Positions 8,274 to 16,761 of a stretch of 29,510 bases of DNA are shown in pieces. Each line of letters starts with the position of its first letter. Position 1 is the stretch's first letter. The notes beneath the pieces are model-generated. The model ran no database searches, was not told where the DNA came from, and worked only from the letters and a program-made list of their open reading frames with translations. The translations under genes were made by a program, and so were the position numbers. Source of the stretch: a virus (Duplodnaviria > Caudoviricetes); the IMG/VR virus record IMGVR_UViG_3300033407_000969, positions 1-29,510 of that record; one strand, 5' to 3'.

Positions 8274-10096
8274 CCGGCGTTTAACTCCAGGTATTCATCC
8301 AACTGCCCGGCGCTCGGGGCCTGAGCGGTCTGAATGCCGACGTGATAGGTGTTGCCGCCGCGGTTGTAGGCGGTACTGCTGATCTGCTGGTTGATGCCGC
8401 CGGCAGCGACCTTGTCCTGTTTCGGCGCACCCAACGCGGGCGCAGCGCTCGGCAATGTCTGTTCCGGGCCCTGGTCGATACCGAGCTTGTTCATCACCCA
8501 TCCGATCGCATCGCCCAGCACCCGAAAGGGCTTCATCAGGCTCTCCACACCGGCTTTCAAGATCCGGAAAACCGGCGAATCAGCAATGCCGGCAGTAAAC
8601 AGGGCCCAGCCTTGCGTCAGCGTATCGATAAGGGCCATCAACCCTTGGAACGCAGCGGTGTCCATCACCGCCGCCTTGATCTCGTCCCAGTAGTAGATGG
8701 CCGCCATCACGACGCCCACCAGTGCCAGGATCGCCGCCACTATCCAGGTAATCGGGCTGGCCCACAGCGCGGCATTGAACAACCAGACCGCCGCCTGGCC
8801 GGCCAGCAGGGTCAGCCTTACCAGCTTCATCACGCCGTTGAACACCAGCATCACCGCCTGCCAGCCGACCATCACCGTTTTGCCCAGCCCCATGGCCAGG
8901 GTGAACAGGCCACTGACCGCGGTCAGGCCGATAACGGCCAGCACGGCATAGCCCACGACTCGTGTCAGGTTGGGGAACATCTGGGTCCAGCGGGTCACCT
9001 CGCCCAGGCCATCGGCCAGGCTATCGATCAGCGGGTTCAGCACCGGCAGCAGCGCCTGGCCCAGGCCGATGCGCACCGCCTGGATACCGGCGGCCCAGCG
9101 CTGGAACGGATCGACCATGGCGGACGCCATCCTGTTGGCGTTGTCGATGCCCTTCACGTCGCCCAGGGCGTCCATGGATTTGGCTAGGCCGTCAGTTTTA
9201 CCTATAAGATTCTTAATCAGCAGTGTGGCCTGATCGGATCCGAATGCAGTGGTAAGCGCATCGGATTCCGCCACGTCCAAGGTATCGCCGAACTTGCCCC
9301 GCAACTTGTCGAGTATCTGCAGTATCGGCAACATACGGCCCTGGCTGTCGGTAAACTTCAGCCCAAGCTTGTCTTGAGCTTTACCCACTCCGGCCAAGAA
9401 CGCGTTGTATTTGGTACCGGCTTCGGAGCCGGACATTGATGCCTGCAGGGTACCCAGAATCGCCATCTGCTCGGCCATATCGATACCGGCTGCCGTAGCA
9501 TTAGATCCAATAGCTGAGAACGCAGAGGACATCTTCTGGCCGGTGGTCTTGAACATCTGCACCGCGGTAGCGGTACGGCCGGCCACCATATCTACCCAAG
9601 CAGATTTACCCATTTGTTGAGCTTGCTTTTCGAACAAGCTAAACATGGTGCCCATGTAGTCGGTAATGGTGCCGGTATCGGCCTTGGTCGCCTTGGCCAG
9701 CACACCGGACGCATTGGTGAAGCTGGCCAACTCGGTACCGTTCAGGCCGCTGATCGCGGACTGGATATCGTAGGATGCCGCCACGAAGTCGGCGGCACTC
9801 TCACCGTATTCCACAGAGAATTTCAGCGCGGTCGCGTTCAGCTTGCCCAGTGCCTCTTCGGCAACGCCCAGGCTGGCCACCTCGCCCAGCTTGGCGTTGA
9901 CCTCGAGCGCGGGTTCCAGCGAGGACTTCAACAGATAGCCGGCCCCCGCCAAACCTGCTGCGCCCACCGCTGCGGTCATAAACCCGCTGCGAGCGTTGCT
10001 GGTCATGCGGTGGATATTCTGGTCGATACCGGCCAGCGGTCGGCTGACCTGATCGATCAGGCCGATGGTAAACATCAGCGATTCCAGTGCCTGCAT
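8270..10096 (-). CDS. Tail tape measure protein (608 aa)
   Basis: Start MQALESLMFTI after SD AGGA; Ala/Gly-rich, 'GSEAGTKY' core, hydrophobic C-terminal helices. Confidence 0.92.
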   Translation of the reverse strand: MQALESLMFTIGLIDQVSRPLAGIDQNIHRMTSNARSGFMTAAVGAAGLAGAGYLLKSSLEPALEVNAKLGEVASLGVAEEALGKLNATALKFSVEYGESAADFVAASYDIQSAISGLNGTELASFTNASGVLAKATKADTGTITDYMGTMFSLFEKQAQQMGKSAWVDMVAGRTATAVQMFKTTGQKMSSAFSAIGSNATAAGIDMAEQMAILGTLQASMSGSEAGTKYNAFLAGVGKAQDKLGLKFTDSQGRMLPILQILDKLRGKFGDTLDVAESDALTTAFGSDQATLLIKNLIGKTDGLAKSMDALGDVKGIDNANRMASAMVDPFQRWAAGIQAVRIGLGQALLPVLNPLIDSLADGLGEVTRWTQMFPNLTRVVGYAVLAVIGLTAVSGLFTLAMGLGKTVMVGWQAVMLVFNGVMKLVRLTLLAGQAAVWLFNAALWASPITWIVAAILALVGVVMAAIYYWDEIKAAVMDTAAFQGLMALIDTLTQGWALFTAGIADSPVFRILKAGVESLMKPFRVLGDAIGWVMNKLGIDQGPEQTLPSAAPALGAPKQDKVAAGGINQQISSTAYNRGGNTYHVGIQTAQAPSAGQLDEYLELNAG

Positions 10097-10103
10097 ATCC
10101 GTC

Positions 10104-10301
10104 CTATCCGTTGAATGCTTTGGCGATGCCGTTGGCGATCGCCGTTTCCATCCGGGCCCAGTGCTCCTTTTCCAGCCAGAGCGCCTGGCCAAGGGTGTTG
10201 CTGTCGATCGGCTGGCCGGGCAACCAACGCCGGGCCAGCGTGATCAACTGACCCAGGGCGTCGTCGTCTAGGCTGTCAGCGAGCCGCTGAGCGTCTTTAC
10301 C
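10104..10301 (-). CDS. -1 frame extension of the tail assembly chaperone (gpGT / E+E'-like); not in the ORF track
   Basis: 65 open codons GKDAQRLADSLDDDALGQLITLARRWLPG...ALWLEKEHWARMETAIANGIAKAFNG* overlap the chaperone end in -1 frame and stop 7 nt before the tape measure ATG. Confidence 0.8.
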   Translation of the reverse strand, partial: GKDAQRLADSLDDDALGQLITLARRWLPGQPIDSNTLGQALWLEKEHWARMETAIANGIAKAFNG

Positions 10302-10546
10302 TCGAATTCAACCTTGGGCTGGAACTCCTTCACCAGCTCGCCCGCCAGGTTCATGGTCAACCCCTGATCGCACAGGCTGCGCACCGCTTCCTTGCTGTCC
10401 GCATCCACTGTGCGCATCAGGAAGTTCTTGGCCGGCGCCACCTTGTTGTCCGGGGTGGTTTCGTTGATGAAGCGGTTGAAGTCCTCGAGGCCGACGTTGA
10501 AGTTCAGAACGTCACCGCTCGCAGTGATCTGGATTGCCTTGCTCAT
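10268..10546 (-). CDS. Tail assembly chaperone (92 aa)
   Basis: 'FNRFINE...NKVAPAKNFLMRTV' HP1-type chaperone motif upstream of the tape measure. Confidence 0.85.
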   Translation of the reverse strand: MSKAIQITASGDVLNFNVGLEDFNRFINETTPDNKVAPAKNFLMRTVDADSKEAVRSLCDQGLTMNLAGELVKEFQPKVEFEVKTLSGSLTA

Positions 10547-10562
10547 TGGCTATGTGCCCTCG

Positions 10563-10805
10563 TTAACGTTTGTGTGTGTCCCTAATCACCTGGTCCAGTT
10601 TCCGATCCATCCGCTGGAGCAGTTCCTTGATTTCGCTGTCTTTGGCGTAGGTGTTCGCCACCTCCAGCTTGTATTCCAGTAACCCTTTTTCGTTGGCGGC
10701 CGTGCGCTTGAACAGCCACACCTGGAAACTCACCACACCGGTAAGCGCCATGTGCACGAACACCAACGCAATTTTGACGGTCAGCGGGTCGAGCGCCTGT
10801 TCCAT
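10563..10805 (-). CDS. Single-TM coiled-coil lysis-region protein (80 aa)
   Basis: N-terminal hydrophobic helix followed by charged helical tail; SD present; directly after the holin. Confidence 0.7.
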   Translation of the reverse strand: MEQALDPLTVKIALVFVHMALTGVVSFQVWLFKRTAANEKGLLEYKLEVANTYAKDSEIKELLQRMDRKLDQVIRDTHKR

Positions 10806-10814
10806 GTCCTGTCC

Positions 10815-11297
10815 CTAGCCGGCCTTCCGGGCCAGCAGTTGCATAATGAGCGGGCTAAGGTTCTTCACGGCGCGCTCGCCGAACAGGAACCCCAGCACCA
10901 GGAAGTTGATGATGATCAGCGCCTGCTGTTGCTGATCGCTCAGCGTGCCCCAGGCACTACTGAACCACTGCCAGTCCATCCACAGGGTGGAGAAGCCCCA
11001 CACCGGGCGCTGAGTGCCCCGGGCGAACAGCACCAGGGTGCCGATCACCGGGATGCCTTTCAGGTCGCCGGCGGTACCCTCCAGCTTGGCGATACGGTCG
11101 GTCAGTTCAGCACTGGCTTGCTGCAGGGCCATGTCGGTGGCGTGCGATCGCTCCATCTCCAGACGCTCGAACGCCAGGCGCACCGCCTGTTTTTCGCCCT
11201 CGCTCATATCGGGCGGAAACCACTTCTCCGCCACCTTGATGGCGGTGTCTGCCAGGCCACCGGTGGCGATGCCCAGCACCTTGTCCCAAAGGCTCAT
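10815..11297 (-). CDS. Holin, 3-TM (GTA-holin-like) family
   Basis: Amphipathic N-terminus, coiled coil, 'RP..G' motif, C-terminal TM ending 'LGFLFGERAVK'; next to the endolysin. Confidence 0.75.
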   Translation of the reverse strand: MSLWDKVLGIATGGLADTAIKVAEKWFPPDMSEGEKQAVRLAFERLEMERSHATDMALQQASAELTDRIAKLEGTAGDLKGIPVIGTLVLFARGTQRPVWGFSTLWMDWQWFSSAWGTLSDQQQQALIIINFLVLGFLFGERAVKNLSPLIMQLLARKAG

Positions 11298-11298
11298 A

Positions 11299-11691
11299 TC
11301 AGTAGCTCCACACGTGCGGCCGGGGCCGGTTCGCAGCAGTGGACGCGATATCCAGATGGATAAAGCGACCGCCGCCCTTCTGGTTGATGCCGATGCCGGT
11401 GAAGCAGCCCATCCGCAGTGCCGCGGTCAGCACCTGGTGCGCCCGCTGTCGGCTGACCTTGATATCCACGGCCAGCCCCAGGTGATGGGTGCCCGGTTCG
11501 TCCTTTTTCGCCTCGGCAGGGTGCCGGTGGCAGCGGTAGGCGCTGGACAACGGCAGCGGAAAGCCCAGCAGGTTGCGCAGGGCCTGGATCCGGTCCATCA
11601 ACTCGGGGCTGATCTCGCTGCCGTCGCTGTCGCACCGGCCGCAGTGGCAGCGCAACTCGCTATAGGGGAAGTTCTCCCAGGGACTGTCCAT
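11299..11691 (-). CDS. Endolysin, peptidase M15A-type Zn metallopeptidase
   Basis: 'F..SEL.C.CG.C', 'SSAYRC..H', 'H..G.AVDI', 'FIHLD' motifs. Confidence 0.88.
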   Translation of the reverse strand: MDSPWENFPYSELRCHCGRCDSDGSEISPELMDRIQALRNLLGFPLPLSSAYRCHRHPAEAKKDEPGTHHLGLAVDIKVSRQRAHQVLTAALRMGCFTGIGINQKGGGRFIHLDIASTAANRPRPHVWSY

Positions 11692-11711
11692 CCGCTCAGC
11701 TCCTCACGTGG

Positions 11712-12167
11712 TTACAGCAGACCGTCGGTTTCGGCGGCGGTCAGGTAGGGCACGCCGTTGATCTTGATGAAGTCCGGATCGGTCACGAAGAACGGCAGCT
11801 TATGTTTGCTCTTGTCGGCGCTGTGAGCGTCGATATCGGACAGGCTGGACAGCGTGATCTTGATGCCGAACGCCTCCACCTTCAGTTCCTCGTCGCCGGC
11901 CTTGGCGTAGGTGGTGAAGTCGAACGGCTCCATGGCACGCCAGGATCCGGCCGCCTTGGCCTGTTCCAGGATCAGCAGGAAGTTGGCGCTATCCACCTCC
12001 AACTCGCCGGATGCCTCACAATCGCCAGGCGTCCAGCCGTTGGGCACACCGCGGGTCTTGCTGACCTGGCTGTTGTCGGTGATATCCAGCGTCACCTTGT
12101 CGGCGTGCACGCTAGTACCGGACAGGTCGAAGTCAAACGCCATGCCGGAAATACGCTGCTTGCTCAT
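11712..12167 (-). CDS. Tail tube protein (DUF2597-type)
   Basis: 'RISGMAFD','TRGVPNGW..GD..ASGE','PDFIKINGVPYL'; follows the sheath. Confidence 0.88.
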   Translation of the reverse strand: MSKQRISGMAFDFDLSGTSVHADKVTLDITDNSQVSKTRGVPNGWTPGDCEASGELEVDSANFLLILEQAKAAGSWRAMEPFDFTTYAKAGDEELKVEAFGIKITLSSLSDIDAHSADKSKHKLPFFVTDPDFIKINGVPYLTAAETDGLL

Positions 12168-13300
12168 TAGCTAACCTCTCCAGACAGATCGAGCATCAGG
12201 TTGACGGTGATCTTCTTCGGGCAGTTGTAGGGCTGCGCCTGGATGTAGATCTCCACTTCGGTACGGGTGGGCCAGTTGAAGGCGATATCGTCGGTACCCG
12301 GCGGCATGATCATGGCCGGGAACGGGATACCGGCGAACTTGATCGCCTTGCTGGCCTCGCGCAACGGCCGCATGAAATAGGTTTTGTTGAACTCGATGCT
12401 GGCTGGTGTGTTGTTCAGCTTGCGGTCGGCCACCCGCGCGATCGCCAGCAGCCGGACACGACGCGCCAGGTAGTCCAACACGCGCATGTTCTCGATCACC
12501 TGGTAATCGCCGCCCGGCACGTCCAGCAGGTTGCAGTCGGCCCAGTAGGTGCCGGGGTAGTCCGGGTACCACTGCGGCACGCTGAAGCGTGCCTGGTCCA
12601 TGGCATTCAGGTGGGCCATGGTCAGCGGTGCGCCGTTCATATCTACCGGGGCGTCGCCCAGGGCGATCAGCGGGCCGGTATTGACCCGCATAGGGCTATC
12701 GGCGATCGATGCCGCCCGGTTGCACAGACGCCCGGCCAGCACACCGATGTTGTTACCGTGCAGCTGCGGCACCACGTAGACGCGGTTACCGGCCACGCTA
12801 TCGACAACCGGCGTGATACGGGCGATGTAGTCGGCCCAGGTTTCGGTCGCTGCATCGATACCGGAAACGGTCAGGCCGATGGTGATGAAACGCTGATAGG
12901 TGCCCAGCACGCCCATGGCTTCGGCATAGGCGGCATTTACATGCGCCGCTGTGCTCGCCGGCGGGCAGTAGATCGCCGATTCCACCCTGGTGTTCTGCTC
13001 CATCGCGGTGTTCAGTGCGGTGGCCAGGTCATCGCCCCAAACGCCACCGGTGGCGATCGGTACCGCTGAGCAGGTCCAGTTCTGGCCACCGTTCACACGG
13101 GCCGCCTCGATCTGGGTTTTCAGATCGCTGGCCGATGCGCCCAGCAGTTCGTCCAGGTCCGTGTCGGCGCCGATCTGCAGCACCTTGCCGTTGTAGTCCG
13201 CGTTACCGGCCACACCGATATACAGGAACTGGCGTTCAATCTCCGGAAAACCGCCCTGAATCAGATTCAGGTGGTTTACCGTGACGCTACCTGTCGCCAT
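12167..13300 (-). CDS. Tail sheath protein (DUF2586-type)
   Basis: 'VTVNHLNLIQG..PEIER.FLYIG','SIADSPMRV.TG','RFSVPQWYPDYPG.YW','PYNCPKKI'. Confidence 0.9.
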   Translation of the reverse strand: MATGSVTVNHLNLIQGGFPEIERQFLYIGVAGNADYNGKVLQIGADTDLDELLGASASDLKTQIEAARVNGGQNWTCSAVPIATGGVWGDDLATALNTAMEQNTRVESAIYCPPASTAAHVNAAYAEAMGVLGTYQRFITIGLTVSGIDAATETWADYIARITPVVDSVAGNRVYVVPQLHGNNIGVLAGRLCNRAASIADSPMRVNTGPLIALGDAPVDMNGAPLTMAHLNAMDQARFSVPQWYPDYPGTYWADCNLLDVPGGDYQVIENMRVLDYLARRVRLLAIARVADRKLNNTPASIEFNKTYFMRPLREASKAIKFAGIPFPAMIMPPGTDDIAFNWPTRTEVEIYIQAQPYNCPKKITVNLMLDLSGEVS

Positions 13301-13302
13301 TG

Positions 13303-13971
13303 CTATCTCCCTTTGCTTCTGTCTGTCATCTGGCTGATCAGGATCTCGGCCAGCCGTCGCTTATCGTTCACCCCAACGCCCAGGAACGAACGCTCGGGTA
13401 TCGGTATCGTCCACTGCTGCCGGCTGGGCTGGTCGCTCAGCTTGCGCAGTACCAGGCCCGCTTGGCCCAGGGTCATGTTGTCCATAATCCAGCGCTGGCT
13501 GGCTCTGCGGGTGCGCACCCGGCCGCCCTTGGTCTTGCCTGCGCGGATCCGGAACCCGGCCCGCACCAGGGCCTTGGCCATCTCCCGGCTGGGCGGGCCG
13601 TCATAGTTCGGCGTGCCTGCCTGTCGGGCCGCCCGGCGGGCGGTCATGGTTTCGGCGATGCCCTCCTGGTGGCGCCGGGCGATCTGCCCCATCAGCCGGT
13701 TGGGCCAACTGATCCGGCCACTACGTGCATCGGCCAGCACCTTCACGTTCTTGCCGCGCATGATGCGGGTCAGCATCTTGCGCTTGCCGTTCTTGCGACC
13801 TGTCCAGCGGCCACCGTCCAGGCCGGTCTGGCTGCGGATCCGCTGCCGGCTCAGCTTCACCACCTCCCGGGCCAGGCGGCGGTTCAGCCGCTTACGTTTG
13901 GCCGGCGGTAGCCGTAGCGCCTGAACCTGCTGGCGTAGGGTTAACTCTCCCTCAATCCGGCCGGTCAGCAT
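13303..13971 (-). CDS. Virion morphogenesis / tail completion protein (gpS-like)
   Basis: Arg-rich, 'IRSQTGLDG..W..RK', 'IPERSFLG'; start MLTGRIEG. Confidence 0.82.
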   Translation of the reverse strand: MLTGRIEGELTLRQQVQALRLPPAKRKRLNRRLAREVVKLSRQRIRSQTGLDGGRWTGRKNGKRKMLTRIMRGKNVKVLADARSGRISWPNRLMGQIARRHQEGIAETMTARRAARQAGTPNYDGPPSREMAKALVRAGFRIRAGKTKGGRVRTRRASQRWIMDNMTLGQAGLVLRKLSDQPSRQQWTIPIPERSFLGVGVNDKRRLAEILISQMTDRSKGR

Positions 13972-14404
13972 CGTGGAACACCTCCACCGACTCGGCGACC
14001 CAGAGGTCGAACTCGCCCAGCCCCCAGCGCTGACCCAGCAACTGGAACGGGCCGTCCGGGTCGGGAACAACGAGGATCGGCTCCATGAACTCGATCATCA
14101 GATCCACATCGGCGGCGCCCTGGGCGTTGTCGTCGGCGTCCAGGTGCGGCGGCTCCAGTCCGTCGCGGTCGCCGTCGTTCTCGGCCAGCCAGGCCATAAC
14201 GTGGGCCATCAACAGGGTGGGCGACTGCCGGTACCGCTCGAACGACAGCCAGCCCTGGTATTTCCAGAAACCCAGCTGCAGGCCCTCTTCAGTGTGCCGG
14301 GTGGCGACGATCAGCCGCCCCTCCTCGGCGCTGGCGTCCATCGCTTCGCGGTCGACCAGGTTCTGGGCCAACAGGTAGGCGGTGAGTGCCTGCAGCTTCT
14401 GCAT
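13952..14404 (-). CDS. Tail completion protein (gpR-like)
   Basis: Start MQKLQALTAYLL overlaps the gpL-like stop; 'LMAHVMAWLAEND','IEFMEPI.VVPDPDGP'. Confidence 0.82.
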   Translation of the reverse strand: MQKLQALTAYLLAQNLVDREAMDASAEEGRLIVATRHTEEGLQLGFWKYQGWLSFERYRQSPTLLMAHVMAWLAENDGDRDGLEPPHLDADDNAQGAADVDLMIEFMEPILVVPDPDGPFQLLGQRWGLGEFDLWVAESVEVFHDADRPD

Positions 14405-14868
14405 CAGATCAGCTCCACGCTGATTGCACCGATCCCCTGCAGCTGCCGCACCGCCTGGGTGCTCCACTCGCTGAAGGTTTCGGCCCGTTCCGGCGCTTCC
14501 TTGCCCAGGTTCTCCGCCTCCTGGCGGCGTACCACGCTGGCAAAGTCGGTCAGCAGTTGGCCCTTGGCGTAGCAGTGCACGGCCCGCTTGTAGAGCCGCA
14601 CCAGCGCGCTGCCGCCGTCGATCTCATCGGCCGGCACCGTGGCCAGAGACGCGTAGCCCTCGGCTTCGCGCTCGGCCTGCCAGCTGGACAGCTGGCGGTT
14701 GATCTCGGCCATCGCCAGGCACAGCTGCTCGCGTACCAGGTCGACGTGGTGGTCCGAGGGTATGCGGTACCGGGTCATAAACTCGGTCAGTTCCAGATCG
14801 GGCCAGAAGGCGCTGTTCTCCAGCGTCTCGGTCGGCACATCGGAACGGGGCATCGCGCTGAAGCTCAT
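14404..14868 (-). CDS. Head completion/stabilisation protein (gpL-like)
   Basis: 'NSAFWPDL','YKRAVHCYAK', ends 'VELI'; SD GAGGT 6 nt before the ATG at 14868. Confidence 0.88.
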   Translation of the reverse strand: MSFSAMPRSDVPTETLENSAFWPDLELTEFMTRYRIPSDHHVDLVREQLCLAMAEINRQLSSWQAEREAEGYASLATVPADEIDGGSALVRLYKRAVHCYAKGQLLTDFASVVRRQEAENLGKEAPERAETFSEWSTQAVRQLQGIGAISVELI

Positions 14869-14890
14869 CGGCACACCTCAGAAATTAGGT

Positions 14891-14950
14891 GAGGGTGGCC
14901 GGCGGTCATCAGGGCTGACAGTCAAGCGCCCTTCTGCTGCCGGCACCCTC
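14891..14950 (-). other. Long intergenic stem-loop between the gpM-like and gpL-like genes
   Basis: Nested pairs GAGGGTG/CACCCTC, CCGGC/GCCGG and AGGGC/GCCCT. Confidence 0.7.
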
Positions 14951-14965
14951 GGCGGGGTGGAATCG

Positions 14966-15685
14966 TTACGTTTCGGAATCCAGTTTCTTTTCCAGCTGCG
15001 CGATGCGGGTGCCGACACCGATCTTCGGGTGCAGCTCGGTCGCCCGGCGAAAGTACTCCAGGGCATGTTCCTGCTCGGCGCGCTGCTCGCTGTTCATCAG
15101 CACCAATCCGGCCAGCTTGTAGTAGCGGGCGCTGATCCGCTCGAACAGATGCCACTCGTTGACCACCTTCTCGAATACTCGGGAGAAGTACGGCTCTATG
15201 CTGTGGCCGGCCTTGTGCTGCTGCTCGGCCCAGTCGATCACCTGGTCGGCCATGAACGTGGCCACATCGCGGTTAAAGTCGTCAGGCATCGCCTGCTTGC
15301 GCTCGATGGCGTAAAAGCCCCACTCCAGTGCGGCGTCCAGGTCGTTGATATCGAACAGCCAGATCACCACCCGCGTCAGCACCGGGTTGTCGTAGTCCTG
15401 GCCGGCTTCGCGGTACCGCTCCAGGTAGGGCAGAAACTGCGGCAGCAGTTCATCGCGTTTGAGCTGCGCCCGTGCCGACTTGCTGTTCAGGCCCGCCAGT
15501 TGCGACAGCGCCAACGATAGCCCGGCCATCTGCTGGTTATGATCCTTGCGCCACCCGGTCAGGCCGGTTGGGGCCTGCTCTGCCTTGTCTCGGCGCGACT
15601 CGGGCACCGCCTCCGTTTCCGCTTCACGCAGCGTTCCTGCCTGCTGGGCCAGTACACGTTCGCGGTGTTTACGCATCAACGACAT
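14966..15685 (-). CDS. Terminase small (endonuclease) subunit (gpM-like)
   Basis: 'K.DELLPQF.PY','VIWLFDI.D','MPDDFNRD','PKIGVGT.I'; follows the major capsid gene. Confidence 0.88.
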   Translation of the reverse strand: MSLMRKHRERVLAQQAGTLREAETEAVPESRRDKAEQAPTGLTGWRKDHNQQMAGLSLALSQLAGLNSKSARAQLKRDELLPQFLPYLERYREAGQDYDNPVLTRVVIWLFDINDLDAALEWGFYAIERKQAMPDDFNRDVATFMADQVIDWAEQQHKAGHSIEPYFSRVFEKVVNEWHLFERISARYYKLAGLVLMNSEQRAEQEHALEYFRRATELHPKIGVGTRIAQLEKKLDSET

Positions 15686-15709
15686 ATCAAAATCTCTCCC
15701 GCCAGATCA

Positions 15710-15734
15710 TGGGCGGGGCGCTGGGCCCCGCCCA
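15710..15734 (-). other. GC-rich hairpin right after the major capsid stop
   Basis: Perfect 10-bp stem TGGGCGGGGC/GCCCCGCCCA, 5-nt loop, no U-tract; likely an mRNA stabiliser or pause rather than an intrinsic terminator. Confidence 0.6.
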
Positions 15735-15740
15735 GGTTGG

Positions 15741-16748
15741 TTAAACGAACTGCACGTTGTCGGCTTCCAGGAAGGCGATCTTCTCCAGGTTCTCCACCAC
15801 GTAGCCTTCGTTGCGGCTGTGGTAGTCCTCGACCTGATCGCGTTTGGCGTTATCGACCGTGGAGCGGCGGTTGCTGCTCTCCTGCCAGTAGATCGACAGG
15901 TTACTGAGGCTGGTAACGGCCAGCCCCTTTTCCGGGAAATACGGCACGTTGGTGATCGACGGCAGACCGCCGTAGGACTTGGTTGCCATCTGGATGCCCT
16001 GCTTCTCGCTCGGGGTGCCGCCGTGGGCGGCGTACAGCTTGCCCTCGTCCCAGGCCAGCAGATCGCCGCCGACGATCGCCACCAGGTCGCCGGCACCGCG
16101 GAACTTGTGGTCGATGCCCTGCTTCAGATCCTGAGCGGCCGCATCCAGTGTTTTGAAGTCGCCGGTATCGCCGAACTTGATCACGCCGGCAGTGGCACCT
16201 TCGACCAGCACCTGGGAGGCGGCCTTGGTGCGCACCTCCTGCAGCCAACCGATATTCACGTCCTGGCCCAGGGGGTTGGTGACGATATCGGTCTCGGCGG
16301 CGGCACTGGTGCCGTGCCAACCCACCATGATGCGGTCCAGCGCCTTGCGCTCGTTGACCCAGTTCTGGAAGCGCTGCATGAAGTCGGGGAACTTGGCCCA
16401 GAGGTCCAACAGGCTGTACTTGATCCCCACATCGGACTCGGTCTTGTGGAGCTGGTAGGCGCGCGGATCCAGCGCCGCCACGTTCTTGGGCCGGCGGTCG
16501 TTCTGGCTGGTATCGGTACGGGAAATGATCGGGCCGCTGACACCGCCGAACACCTTCTCGCCGGTGATCTCTTTCACACCGATCACGTTGATACGCTGCA
16601 GGAAGTCGGACGACTCCACGATCTTGTCATGCAGGGTCTGTTCAACGGACGGAGTGACGGAGAACGCCTTTTCAACGGTGCGCACACCGTAGGTTTCCGC
16701 CAGCGCAGCCAGAAGGGCTGCAAACTTCTGTTCTGTAGTCGGGTTCAT
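15741..16748 (-). CDS. Major capsid protein (P2 gpN family)
   Basis: 'FSVTPSVEQTL..KIVESSDFLQRIN','ALDRIMVGWHG','NPLGQDVNIGWLQ','NEGYVVE'. Confidence 0.95.
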   Translation of the reverse strand: MNPTTEQKFAALLAALAETYGVRTVEKAFSVTPSVEQTLHDKIVESSDFLQRINVIGVKEITGEKVFGGVSGPIISRTDTSQNDRRPKNVAALDPRAYQLHKTESDVGIKYSLLDLWAKFPDFMQRFQNWVNERKALDRIMVGWHGTSAAAETDIVTNPLGQDVNIGWLQEVRTKAASQVLVEGATAGVIKFGDTGDFKTLDAAAQDLKQGIDHKFRGAGDLVAIVGGDLLAWDEGKLYAAHGGTPSEKQGIQMATKSYGGLPSITNVPYFPEKGLAVTSLSNLSIYWQESSNRRSTVDNAKRDQVEDYHSRNEGYVVENLEKIAFLEADNVQFV

Positions 16749-16761
16749 GGTTTCCGGTCCC

